In this document: positions 31,613-43,481 of the stretch, piece by piece
Position numbering within the stretch: position 1 is the stretch's first letter
Layout of the letters: each line of letters starts with the position of its first letter
Origin: an uncultured Gemmatimonadales bacterium
Lineage (GTDB): Bacteria; Gemmatimonadota; Gemmatimonadetes; Longimicrobiales; RSA9
Assembly: GCA_963783305.1 (NCBI GenBank)
Contig: CAWAMW010000016.1
Span: 352,001 to 416,000, forward strand
Length of the DNA: 64,000 nucleotides
Reading direction: 5' to 3'
Program-made: the position numbers and the translations under genes
Notes under the pieces: model-generated
The model's input: the letters and a program-made list of their open reading frames with translations, nothing else
Told to the model about the DNA's origin: nothing
The model's database searches: none

Positions 31613-34600
31613 TTACGACTCCGAGTCGCCCTCAGCTTTGAAATCCGAGGGAGTCGTGGCGGTTGCCGCCGGGGGTGTGACCACCTCCGGGGCCGTCGTG
31701 GCCGCGGCCTCAGCCGAGTAGGCAGAGCAGTCGCCAGTGGGGGCCGCGGCATCGCAGGCGCGCACCTGGTACTCGTAGGTGGTGCTGGGGGCGAGGCCGG
31801 TGTCCTCATACCCGGTGATGTCGGCGGCCGTGAGCGCCACCTCCGCGAAGGTCCCACCGCTCACGCGCCGCTCGATCCGGTACTCGGACTCGGCACTGCT
31901 CTGGTCGGACCAGCTCAGGTCGATCCGGGTGTCGGAGACCGCGCTGGCCGAGAGACCTGTTGGCGGCGCCAGCGGCGTGGAGGCCGTCGCGGTGCTGGAC
32001 GCGCACCCGCCGGCATTGCAGGCGGAAACCCGGTAAGTGTAGTCCGTGGCCTCGGCGGCGGCGGCGTCCGAGTAGCTCGTGGCGTCGGCCGCGAGCGTGG
32101 CGATCTCCATGTAGCTGGCGCCGCGTCGCTGGAGCGTTCCACCGTGTAGCTCGACTCCGTGGCCACGTCCGCCCAGGTGAGGTCCACCTGCGTGGGCGAG
32201 ATCACGGTGGCCCCGAGGCTCCCCGGCGCCGCGGGGGCGGGATCACTTCCTCATGTGGTGGCCGAGGCCAGGGCCGAGTAGGCGGAGCAGTCAGGGGGGG
32301 CCAGCGGATCGCAGGCGCGCACCTGGTACTCGTAGGTGGTGCTGGGCTCCAGGCCGGTGTCCTCATACCCGGTGATGTCGGCGGCCGTGACCGCCACCTC
32401 CGCGAAGGTCCCGCCGCTCACGCGCCGCTCGATCCGGTACTCGGACTCCGCACTGCTCTGGTCCACCCAGCTCAGGTCGATCCGGGTATCGGAGACGGCG
32501 CTGGCGGCAGAGCCCCGTCGGCGGCGCCAGCGGCGTGGAGGCCGTCGCGGTGCTGGACGCGCACCCGCCGGCGTTGCAGGCCGAGACGCGGTAGGTGTAG
32601 TCGGTGGCCTCCGCGGCCGCGGCGTCGGAGTAGCTCGTGACGTCGGCCGCGAGCGTGGCGAGCTCCGTGTAGCTGGCGCCTGCGGCGCTGGAGCGTTCGA
32701 CTGTGTAGCCGGATTCCGTGGCCACGTCCGCCCAGGTGAGGTCCACCCGCGTGGGCGAGACCACGGTGGCCCCGAGGCTCCCCGGCGCCGCGGGCGGCGT
32801 GATCACGTCCGTGGTGGCCGAGGCCTCAGCCGAGTAGGCAGAGCAGTCGCCGGTGTCGCAGGCGCGCACCCGGTACTCGTAGGTGGTGCTGGACTCCAGG
32901 CCGGTGTCCTCATACCCGGTAATGTCGGCGGCCGTCACCGCCACCTCCGCGAAGATCCCGCCGCTCACGCGCCGCTCGATCCGGTACTCGGATTCGGCAC
33001 TGCTCTGGTCGGACCAGTTCAGGTCGATCCGCGTGTCGGAGACCGCGCTGGCCGAGAGACCTGTTGGCGGCGCCAGCGGCGTGGAGGCCGTCGCGGTGCT
33101 GGACGTGCACCCGCCGGCGTTGCAGGCGGAAACCCGGTAAGTGTAGTCCGTGGCCTCGGCGGCCGCGGCGTCCGAGTAGCTCGTGGCGTCGGCCGCGGGC
33201 GTGGCCAGCTCCGTGTAGGTGGCGCCTGCGTCGCTGGAGCGTTCGACTGTGTAGCCGGATTCCGTGGCCACGTCCGCCCAGGTGAGGTCCACCCGCGTGG
33301 ACGAGACCACGGTGGCCCCGAGGCTTCCCGGCGCCGCCGGGGGCGTGATTACTTCCTCATCGGTGGTGGCCGAGGCCAGGGCCGAGTAGGCGGAGCAGTC
33401 AGCGGTGGGGCCAGCGGCATCGCAGGCGCGCACCTGGTACTCGTAGGTGGTGCTGGGCTCCAGGCCGGTGTCCTCATACCCGGTGATGTCGGCGGCCGTG
33501 AGCGCCACCTCCGCGAAGGTCCCACCGCTCACGCGCCGCTCGATCCGGTACTCGGACTCCGCACTGCTCTGGTCGGCCCAGCTCAGGTCGATCTGGGTGT
33601 CGGAGACGGCGCTGGCGGCGAGCCCCGTCGGCGGCGCCAGCGGCGTGGAGGCCGTCGCGGTGCTGGACGCGCACCCGCCGGCGTTGCAGGCGGAGACGCG
33701 GTAGGTGTAGTCCGTGGCCTCCGCGGCCGCGGCGTCGGAGTAGCTCGTGACGTCGGCCGCGGGCGTGGCGAGGTCCGTGTAGGTGGCGCCGGCGTCGCTG
33801 GAGCGCTCCACCGTGTAGCCCGATTCCGTGGCCACGTCCGCCCAGGTGAGGTCCACCTGCGTGGGCGAGACCACGGTGGCCCCGAGGCTCCCCGGCGCCG
33901 CGGGCGGCGGGATCACGTCCGTCGTGGCCGAGGCCCAGGTCCGAGTAGGCAGAGCAGTCGCCAGCGTCGCAGGCGCGCACCTGGTACTCGTAGGTGGTGC
34001 TGGACTCCAGGCCGGTGTCCTCGTACCCGGTGATGTCGGCGGCCGTGACCGCCACCTCCGCGAAGGTCCCGCCGCTCACGCGCCGCTCGATCCGGTACTC
34101 GGACTCCGCACTGCTCTGGTCGGACCAGCTCAGGTCGATCCGCGTGTCGGAGACGGCGCTGGCCGCGAGACCTGTTGGCGGCGCCAGCGGCGTGGAGGCC
34201 GTCGCGGTGCTGGACGAGCACCCGCCGGCGTTGCAGGCCGAGACGCGGTAGGTGTAGTCGGTGGCCTCCGCGGCCGCGGCGTCGGAGTAGCTCGTGACGT
34301 CGGCCGCGAGCGTGGCGATCTCCGTGTAGCTGGCCCGCGTCGCTGGAGCGTTCGACTGTGTAGCCGGATTCCGTGGCCACGTCCGCCCAGGTGAGGTCCA
34401 CCTGCGTGGGCGAGACCACGGTGGCCCCGAGGCTCCCCGGCGCCGCGGGCGGCGGGATCACTTCCGTCGTGGCCGAGGCCAGGTCCGAGTAGGCAGAGCA
34501 GTCGCCAGCGTCGCAGGCGCGCACCTGGTACTCGTAGGTGGTGCTGGACTCCAGGCCGGTGTCCTCGTACCCGGTGATGTCGGCGGCCGTGACCGCCACC

Positions 34601-37600
34601 TCCGCGAAGGTCCCACCGCTCACGCGCCGCTCGATCCGGTACTCGGACTCCGCGCTGCTCTGGTCGGACCAGCTCAGGTCGATCCGGGTGTCGGAGACGG
34701 CGCTGGCCGAGAGGCCCGTTGGCGGCGCCAGCGGCGTGGAGGCCGTCACGGTGCTGGACGCGCACCCGCCGGCGTTACAGGCCGAGACGCGGTAGGTGTA
34801 GTCGGTGGCCTCCGCGGCCGCGGCGTCGGAGTAGCTCGTGACGTCGGCCGCGAGCGTGGCGATCTCCGTGTAGCTGGTCGCCCGCGTCGCTGGAGCGCTC
34901 CACCGTGTAGCCCGATTCCGTGGCCACGTCCGCCCAGGTGAGGTCCACCTGCGTGGCCGAGACCACGGTGGCCCCGAGGCTCCCCGGCGCCGCGGGCGGC
35001 GGGATCACGTCCGTCGTGGCCGAGGCCAGGTCCGAGTAGGCGGAGCAGTCGCCAGCGTCGCAGGCGCGCACCCGGTACTCGTAGGTGGTGCTGGACTCCA
35101 GGCCGGTGTCCTCGTACCCGGTGATGTCGGCGGCCGTGAGCGCCACCTCCGCGAAGGTCCCGCCGCTCACGCGCCGCTCGATCCGGTACTCGGACTCCGC
35201 GCTGCTCTGGTCGGACCAGCTCAGGTCGATCCGAGTGTCGGAGACGGCGCTGGCCGAGAGGCCCGTTGGCGGCGCCAGCGGCGTGGAGGCCGTCACGGTG
35301 CTGGACGAGCACCCGCCGGCGTTGCAGGCCGAGACGCGGTAGGTGTAGTCGGTGGCCTCCGCGGCCGCGGCGTCGGAGTAGCTCGTGACGTCGGCCGCGG
35401 GCGTGGCCAGCTCCGTGTAGCTGGCGCCTGCGTCGCTGGAGCGTTCGACTGTGTAGCCGGATTCCGTGGCCACGTCCGCCCAGGTGAGGTCCACCCGCGT
35501 GGCCGAGACCACGGTGGCCCCGAGGCTCCCCGGCGCCGCGGGCGGCGGGATCACGTCCGTCGTGGCCGAGGCCAGGCCGAGTAGGCAGAGCAGTCGCCAG
35601 CGTCGCAGGCGCGCACCCGGTACTCGTAGGTGGTGCTGGACTCCAGGCCGGTGTCCTCGTACCCGGTGATGTCGGCGGCCGTCACCGCCACCTCCGCGAA
35701 GATCCCGCCGCTCACGCGCCGCTCGATCCGGTACTCGGACTCCGCACTGCTCTGGTCGGACCAGCTCAGGTCGATCCGGGTGTCGGAGACCGCGCTGGCC
35801 GAGAGACCTGTTGGCGGCGCCAGCGGCGTGGAGGCCGTCGCGGTGCTGGACGTGCACCCGCCGGCGTTGCAGGCGGAGACCCGGTAGGTGTAGTCCGTGG
35901 CCTCCGCGGCCGCGGCGTCCGAGTAGCTCGTGGCGTCGGCCGCGGGCGTGGCGAGCTCCGTGTAGCTGGTCGCCTGCGTCGCTGGAGCGTTCGACTGTGT
36001 AGCCGGATTCCGTGGCCACGTCCGCCCAGGTGAGGTCCACCCGCGTGGACGAGACCACGGTGGCCCCGAGGCTCCCCGGCGCCGCCGGGGGCGTGATTAC
36101 TTCCTCATCGGTGGTGGCCGAGGCCAGGGCCGAGTAGGCGGAGCAGTCAGCGGTGGGGCCAGCGGCATCGCAGGCGCGCACCTGGTACTCGTAGGTGGTG
36201 CTGGGCTCCAGGCCGGTGTCCTCATACCCGGTGATGTCGGCGGCCGTGAGCGCCACCTCCGCGAAGGTCCCACCGCTCACGCGCCGCTCGATCCGGTACT
36301 CGGACTCCGCACTGCTCTGGTCGGCCCAGCTCAGGTCGATCCGCGTATCGGAGATGGCGCTGGCCGCGAGGCCCGTCGGCGGCGCCAGCGGCGTGGAGGC
36401 CGTCGCGGTGCTGGACGCGCACCCGCCGGCGTTGCAGGCGGAAACGCGGTAAGTGTAGTCCGTGGCCTCGGCGGCCGCGGCGTCCGAGTAGCTCGTGGCG
36501 TCGGCCGCCGGCGTGGCGAGGTCCGTGTAGCTGGTGCCGGCGTCACTGGAGCGCTCCACCGTGTAGCCCGTTTCCGTGGCCAAGTCCGTCCAGGTGAGGT
36601 CCACCTGCGTGGCCGAGACCACAGTGGCCACGAGGCTCCCCGGCGCCGCGGGCGGCGGGATCACGTCCGTCGTGGCCGAGGCCAGGTCCGAGTAGGCAGA
36701 GCAGTCGCCAGCGTCGCACGCACGCACCTGGTACTCGTAGGTGGTGCTGGACTCCAGGCCGGTGTCCTCGTACCCGGTGATGTCGGCGGCCGTGAGCGCC
36801 ACCTCCGCGAAGGTCCCGCCGCTCACCCGCCGCTCCATCCGGTACTCGGACTCCGCACTGCTCTGGTCCACCCAGCTCAGGTCGATCTGCGTATCGGAGA
36901 CGGCGCTGGCGGCGAGGCCCGTTGGCGGCGCCAGCGGCGTGGAGGCCGTCACGGTGCTGGACGAGCACCCGCCGGCGTTGCAGGCCGAGACGCGGTAGGT
37001 GTAGTCGGTGGCCTCCGCGGCCGCCGCGTCGGAGTAGCTCGTGACGTCGGCCGCGAGCGTGGCGATCTCCATGTAGCTGGCCCCGCGCGCTGGAGCGTTC
37101 GACTGTGTAGCCGGATTCCGTGGCCACGTCCGTCCAGGTGAGGTCCACCTGCGTGGGCGAGACCACGGTGGCCCCGAGGCTCCCCGGCGCCGCGGGCGGC
37201 GGGATCACGTCCGTCGTGGCCGAGGCCAGGTCCGAGTAGGCGGAGCAGTCGCCAGCGTCGCACGCACGCACCTGGTACTCGTAGGTGGTGCTGGACTCCA
37301 GGCCGGTGTCCTCGTACCCGGTGATGTCGGCGGCCGTCACCGCCACCTGGGCAAAGGTCCCACCGCTCACGCGCCGCTCGACCCGGTACTCGGACTCCGC
37401 GCTGCTCTGGTCGGACCAGCTCAGGTCGATCCGGGTGTCGGAGACCGCGCTGGCCGAGAGGCCCGTTGGCGGCGCCAGCGGCGTGGAGGCCGTCACGGTG
37501 CTGGACGAGCACCCGCCGGCGTTACAGGCCGAGACGCGGTAGGTGTAGTCGGTGGCCTCCGCGGCCGCGGCGTCGGAGTAGCTCGTGACGTCGGCCGCGA

Positions 37601-40600
37601 GCGTGGCGATCTCCGTGTAGCTGGTCCCCGCGTCGCTCGAGCGCTCCACCGTGTAGCTCGACTCCGTGGCCACGTCCGCCCAGGTGAGGTCCACCCGCGT
37701 GGGCGAGACCACGGTGGCCCCGAGGCTCCCCGGCGCCGCGGGCGGCGGGATCACGTCCGTCGTGGCCGAGGCCAGGTCCGAGTAGGCGGAGCAGTCGCCA
37801 GGGGGGCCGCGCGTCGCAGGCGCGCACCCGGTACTCGTAGGTGGTGCTGGACTCCAGGCCGGTGTCCTCGTACCCGGTGATGTCGGCGGCCGTGAGCGCC
37901 ACCTCCGCGAACGTCCCGCCGCTCACGCGCCGCTCGATCCGGTACTCGGACTCCGCGCTGCTCTGGTCGGACCAGCTCAGGTCGATCCGAGTGTCGGAGA
38001 CGGCGCTGGCCGAGAGGCCCGTTGGCGGCGCCAGCGGCGTGGAGGCCGTCACGGTGCTGGACGAGCACCCGCCGGCGTTGCAGGCCGAGACGCGGTAGGT
38101 GTAGTCGGTGGCCTCCGCGGCCGCGGCGTCGGAGTAGCTCGTGACGTCGGCCGCGAGCGTGGCGATCTCCGTGTAGCTGGTCCCCGCGTCGCTGGAGCGC
38201 TCCACCGTGTAGCCCGACTCCGTGGCCACGTCCGCCCAGGTGAGGTCCACCCGCGTGGCCGAGACCACGGTGGCCCCGAGGCTCCCCGGCGCCGCGGGCG
38301 GCGGGATCACGTCCGTCGTGGCCGAGGCCAGGTTCGAGTAGGCGGAGCAGTCGCCAGCGTCGCAGGCGCGCACCCGGTACTCGTAGGTGGTGCTGGACTC
38401 CAGGCCGGTGTCCTCGTACCCGGTGATGTCGGCGGCCGTGAGCGCCACCTCCGCGAACGCCCCGCCGCTCACGCGACGCTCGATCCGGTACTCGGACTCC
38501 GCGCTGCTCTGGTCGGACCAGCTCAGGTCGATCCGAGTGTCGGAGACGGCGCTGGCCGAGAGGCCCGTTGGCGGCGCCAGCGGCGTGGAGGCCGTCACGG
38601 TGCTGGACGAGCACCCGCCGGCGTTGCAGGCCGAGACGCGGTAGGTGTAGTCGGTGGCCTCCGCGGCCGCCGCGTCGGAGTAGCTCGTGACGTCGGCGGC
38701 GAGCGTGGCGATCTCCATGTAGCTGGTCCCCGCGTCGCTCGAGCGCTCCACCGTGTACCCTGACTCCGTGGCCACGTCCGCCCAGGTGAGGTCCACCCGC
38801 GTGGCCGAGACCACGGTGGCCCCGAGGCTCCCCGGCGCCGCGGGCGGCGGGATCACGTCCGTCGTGGCCGAGGCCAGGTTCGAGTAGGCGGAGCAGTCGC
38901 CAGCGGGGGCCGCACCGTCACAGGCGCGCACCCGGTACTCGTAGGTGGTGCTGGACTCCAGGCCGGTGTCCTCGTACCCGGTGCTGCCGGCGGCCGTCAC
39001 CGCCACATCCGCGAACGTCCCGCCGCTCACGCGCCGCTCGACCCGGTACTCGGACTCCGCGCTGCTCTGGTCGGACCAGCTCAGGTCGATCCGGGTGTCG
39101 GAGACCGCGCTGGCCGAGAGACCCGTTGGCGGCGCCAGCGGCGTGGAGGCCGTCACGGTGCTGGACGAGCACCCGCCGGCGTTACAGGCCGAGACGCGGT
39201 AGGTGTAGTCGGTGGCCTCCGCGGCCGCGGCGTCGGAGTAGCTCGTGACGTCGGCCGCGAGCGTGGCGATCTCCGTATAGCTGGCCCCGGCGCTGGAGCG
39301 CTCCACCGTGTAGTTCGACTCCGTGGCCACGTCCGCCCAGGTGAGGTCCACCCGCGTGGGCGAGATCACGGTGGCCCCGAGACTCCCCGGCGCTGCGGGG
39401 GGCGGGACCACGTCCGTGGTGGCCGAGGCCTCAGCCGAGTAGGCGGAGCAGTCGCCAGCGTCGCAGGCGCGCACCCGGTACTCGTAGGTGGTGCTGGACT
39501 CCAGGCCGGTGTCCTCGTACCCGGTGCTGCCGGCGGCCGTCACCGCCACCTCCGCGAACGCCCCGCCGCTCACGCGACGCTCGATCCGGTACTCGGACTC
39601 CGCGCCGCTCTGGTCGGACCAGCTCAGGTCGATCCGGGTGTCGGAGACCGCGCTGGCCGAGAGACCTGTTGGCGGCGCCAGCGGCGTGGAGGCCGTCACG
39701 GTGCTGGACGCGCACCCGCCGGCATTGCAGGCGGAAACCCGGTAAGTGTAGTCCGTGGCCTCGGCGGCCGCGGCGTCCGAGTAGATCGTGACGTCGGCCG
39801 CGAGCGTGGCGATCTCCGCGTAGCTGGCCCCGGCGGCGCTCGAGCGCTCCACCGTGTACTCTGACTCCGTGGCCACGTCCGTCCAGGCGAGGTCCACCTG
39901 CGTGGGCGAGATCACGGTGGCCACGAGGCTTCCTGGCGCCGCTGGCGGCGTGATTACTTCCGCCTCAGTGGTAGCCGAGGCCAGGGCCGAGTAGGCGGAG
40001 CAGTCAGCGGTGGGGCCAGCGGCATCGCAGGCGAGCACCTGGTACTCGTAGGTGGTGCTGGGGGCGAGGCCCGTGTCCTCGTGGCTGGTGCTGTTCGCAG
40101 CCTTCACCGCTATCTGGGAGAAGGTCCCGCCGCTGACGCGCCGCTCGATCCGGTACTCGGATTCCGCGCTGCTCTGGTCCACCCAGCTCAGGTCGATCTG
40201 CGTATCGGAAACGGCGCTGGCCGCGAGCCCCGACGGCGGCGCAAGCGGCGTGGAGGCCGTCACGGTGCTGGACGCGCACCCGGCGGAGTTGCAGGCGGAG
40301 ACGCGGTAGGTGTACTCCGTGGCTTCCGCGGCCGCGGCGTCGGAGTAGCTCGTGACGTCGGCGGCGAGCGTGGCGATCTCCGCGTAGCTGGTCCCCGCCT
40401 CGCTCGAGCGCTCCACCGTGTACCCTGACTCCGTGGCGACGTCCGTCCAGGTGAGGTCCACCTGCGTGGGCGAGATCACGGTGGCCACGAGGCTCCCGGG
40501 CGCCGCGGGGGGCGGGACCACGTCCGTGGTGGCCGAGGCCTCAGCCGAGTAGGCGGAGCAGTCGCCAGCGTCGCAGGCGCGCACCCGGTACTCGTAGGTG

Positions 40601-42354
40601 GTGCTGGGGGCGAGGCCCGTGTCCTCGTGGCTGGTGCTGTTCGCGGCCTTGATCGCCACCTCCGCGAAGGTCCCACCGCTCACGCGCCGCTCGATCCGGT
40701 ACTCGGACTCCGCGCTGCTCTGGTCGGACCAGCTCAGGTCGATCCGAGTGTCGGAGACGGCGCTGGCCGAGAGGCCCGTTGGCGGCGCCAGCGGCGTGGA
40801 GGCCGTCACGGTGCTGGACGCGCACCCGCCGGCATTGCAGGCGGAAACCCGGTAAGTGTAGTCCGTGGCCTCGGCGGCCGCGGCGTCCGAGTAGCTCGTG
40901 GCGTCGGCCGCGGGCGTGGCCAGCTCCGTGTAGGTGGCGCCTGCGTCGCTGGAGCGTTCGACTGTGTAGCCGGATTCCGTGGCCACGTCCGCCCAGGTGA
41001 GGTCCACCCGCGTGGACGAGACCACGGTGGCTCCGAGGCTCGCCGGCGCTGCGGGGGGGTCGGGCATGCCCGCGCTCGTGCTAACGGAGACTGGGCCGTT
41101 GTAAGCGGAGCACCCGCCGTCATTACAGGCACGCACCCGGTACTCATAGCTGGTGCTGGGCTCGAGCCCAGCCTCGCCGAAGCTCGTGGTGTTGGCGCCG
41201 ACCGATCCGACTTCTGCGAATGTTCCGCCCACCGTGCGGCGCTCGATCCTGAAGCTGGTCTCGGTGGCGCTGTTGTCGACCCACGCGACGTCGACCGTCG
41301 TCGGGCTGGTGGCTTCGGCCGTGATGCTGGAGGGAGCTACGGGTGGTGTCGTGGGAGAAATCGCCTCTGAGAATGATGAACACCCCGCACTGTTGCACGC
41401 CCGCACCTGATAGACGTACCGCCCATCCGCCGCCACCGCCTCGTCCTGGTACGTCACCACGTTGGTATCCACGGTCGCGAGGAGCGAGACCGCCGCTTCC
41501 CCCGGCGCCTGCCGGTGGATCTGGAAGCCTGTCTCATCGTCGCTGTTGTCACTCCACACCAGAACCACGGCGCTGGCGGAGACAGTTGCCGCGTCCAGGT
41601 CGGAGGGAGGCGCGGGCACGTTCTGCTGGACCTGGAGCGTCACTTCCAGCGCCGCCGGCGAGTTGGTCGCCGCTGGATCCGACACCAGCACAGTGGCGGC
41701 GTAGGTGCCGCCCATGAGCGACCCGGTCTCCACCGTCAGCGTCATCGTGGAAGGCGCCTCCGGCCCCGATAGCGCCACGTTCAGCCATCCCGCGGGACCC
41801 TCCCCATACGTCACTGTCGCTGAAAGCTCTGTCAGAGAGCCGGCGCCGCCGTTGGTGATCTCAATCTCGATCGGGTTCGGCGCCCGCCCTCCCGCTGCCA
41901 CGGAGAAAGCCACGGAGCTTCGGTTCAAGTCGATCCGCGGCATGTCGAGGACGACAACTGAGGCCCTCCCGACCTGGCCTTCCGCCGTCGCTGTGATTTC
42001 CGTCGCTCCCGCACCGTCGGCGAAAGCGAGACCCGTCTGGTCGATGCGAACGATCGCCGGGTTCTCGCTTCGCCATGCCACGTCTCGTCCGGAGAGGACG
42101 TCCTCTTCACCGCCGTAGAGTTCTGCTCTGAACTGCATGCCTTGACCAAGAACGAGCTCCGCCTCCCCCGGGACGACCACGACGGTCGACACCGGCACGG
42201 CGTTCACCACCAGTTCTTCGCAGCCCACGAGCACCGCGAGCCCCACCAACGCCCGCACAAGGATCCATCGGCGGGCTGTGCCGCCGGCCGAACGTCCCGA
42301 AGGGAGCGGGCTCGCCGATCGGATGTCTCGAGAGGGGCGGCGACTCTTCATCAC
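31613..42354 (-). CDS. Giant fibronectin type III repeat lipoprotein (Big_2 + BACON-like + about 36 FN3 domains; ~3,580 aa if intact); 3' part frameshifted in this sequence
   Basis: Lipobox LVGC and Ig-like N-terminus, then FN3 motifs (DLTW.D.ATESGYTVERS...YTYRVSACN; DLSWSD.SSAESEYRIERR...YEY.VRAC). The frame is open from 42354 to about 37800, then fragments continue in shifting frames to the stop at 31613. Confidence 0.85.
31680..41060 (-). repeat. Tandem array of 17 near-identical 543-565-bp coding units (two FN3 domains each)
   Basis: Equivalent positions recur at 31779, 32336, 32883, 33447, 33994, 34538, 35085, 35630, 36195, 36741, 37285, 37841, 38387, 38945, 39488, 40052 and 40598, plus a divergent copy at 41153. 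Confidence 0.95.
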
Positions 42355-43481
42355 GGGGCCTCGCCGTATCGGATCCGAATGAAGCGCATGCCAAGGGATT
42401 CCGCCGAGAGCCGGGGTGCCGGGGACAGGTCGAGACGCAAGGAGCGATCAGCGGTGACAGGGAGGGTCAGGCCGGTGTCCCGGCCGTCGGCCTTCAGGGC
42501 GGCTTCGACGGCGCTGATGAGCATCAAGCCGACGCCTACCGCGAGCGCCGGCACGAGGAACGGACGTTCCGTCTTCTGCGAAGCGATGGCATCGGGGGGA
42601 CAGCCACCGGTTGGAGACGGTGCCCGGCAATCGATCGTCGTCCGCTCATACAGGTACCCCGTGGCACCCGCACCGACGACCATTCCGGTGACGAGAACGC
42701 CGACGATCGGCCGACCGGTGTAATAGTGACCGCCTCCAGGTAGCACCGCCCCCAGCAGGAACGTTCCCGCCGGGCTGCGGGCTCGTGGGTTCTGACCGAG
42801 CGGCTGAAAGGTGGCGTGAATCGCCTCCCTGTCATCGGCGTCCGGACGCAGCTCGAGATACTGGAACAGGTCGGCCCGCGCCTCATCGACGCGCGTCATG
42901 GCGAGCCGCACCAGCCCCCGGTCGTAAAGCGCCTCGGGCACCACGTGGCGGTCCAGAAGTGCGCTGAAAAGCTCATCCGAGCGCTCGGCCTCACCGGCTC
43001 CAAACGCCGCCACCGCTTCCAGGAACCGACCCCGGAGGTTGGACCCAGCCCCCTCCTCCATCGCCTGCTCCAGTCGACGGCGCGCCTCGGCCGCCGATGG
43101 GCCGTCAGGCGCGATGCTGAGGTACCGGCAGAACCACTCTACGCCGGCCCCGGTATCCTCCGACTCGGAAGCAATGCGCCCGCGCAGGTAGAGCGCTTCC
43201 GCCGACGCCGGATCTCTACCGAGCGCACGGTCCAAGAACTCCGCGGCCACGGCCAGATCGCCGAGGATCATCGCCTGCGTGGCCGCGTCCACCAACCGCT
43301 GCACTTCAGCAGGGGCTTCGCCAGCGGGGCTCGCATCGGCGGGAGCAGGATCGCACAGAAAGGATACGGCGGGGGCCTCTCCTTTGAGCGCCAGCGTCTG
43401 ACCAACGGCCTGGGTGGCTGCGCTCAGTCCCAGGAGCGCGAGCCCCATGGCCGACCCGTGCCGCAATCGGGTAGCGATCAT
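42351..43481 (-). CDS. Exported TPR-repeat protein with C-terminal hydrophobic segments
   Basis: Signal peptide, TPRs (AEALYLRG, YLSIAPDG, ALYDRGLV, YLELRPDA), LPGGGHYYTG motif. ATGA overlaps on both sides. Confidence 0.8.
   Translation of the reverse strand: MIATRLRHGSAMGLALLGLSAATQAVGQTLALKGEAPAVSFLCDPAPADASPAGEAPAEVQRLVDAATQAMILGDLAVAAEFLDRALGRDPASAEALYLRGRIASESEDTGAGVEWFCRYLSIAPDGPSAAEARRRLEQAMEEGAGSNLRGRFLEAVAAFGAGEAERSDELFSALLDRHVVPEALYDRGLVRLAMTRVDEARADLFQYLELRPDADDREAIHATFQPLGQNPRARSPAGTFLLGAVLPGGGHYYTGRPIVGVLVTGMVVGAGATGYLYERTTIDCRAPSPTGGCPPDAIASQKTERPFLVPALAVGVGLMLISAVEAALKADGRDTGLTLPVTADRSLRLDLSPAPRLSAESLGMRFIRIRYGEAP

Noticed and set aside
31779..41410. Series of 85-aa plus-strand ORFs (MVLDSRPVSS...)
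   Set aside because: These are antisense shadows of the FN3 repeat units.
31613..42354. Diversity-generating retroelement or invertase shufflon acting on the FN3 repeats
   Set aside because: No reverse transcriptase or recombinase is present, differences between units are not adenine-specific, and all units are direct repeats.
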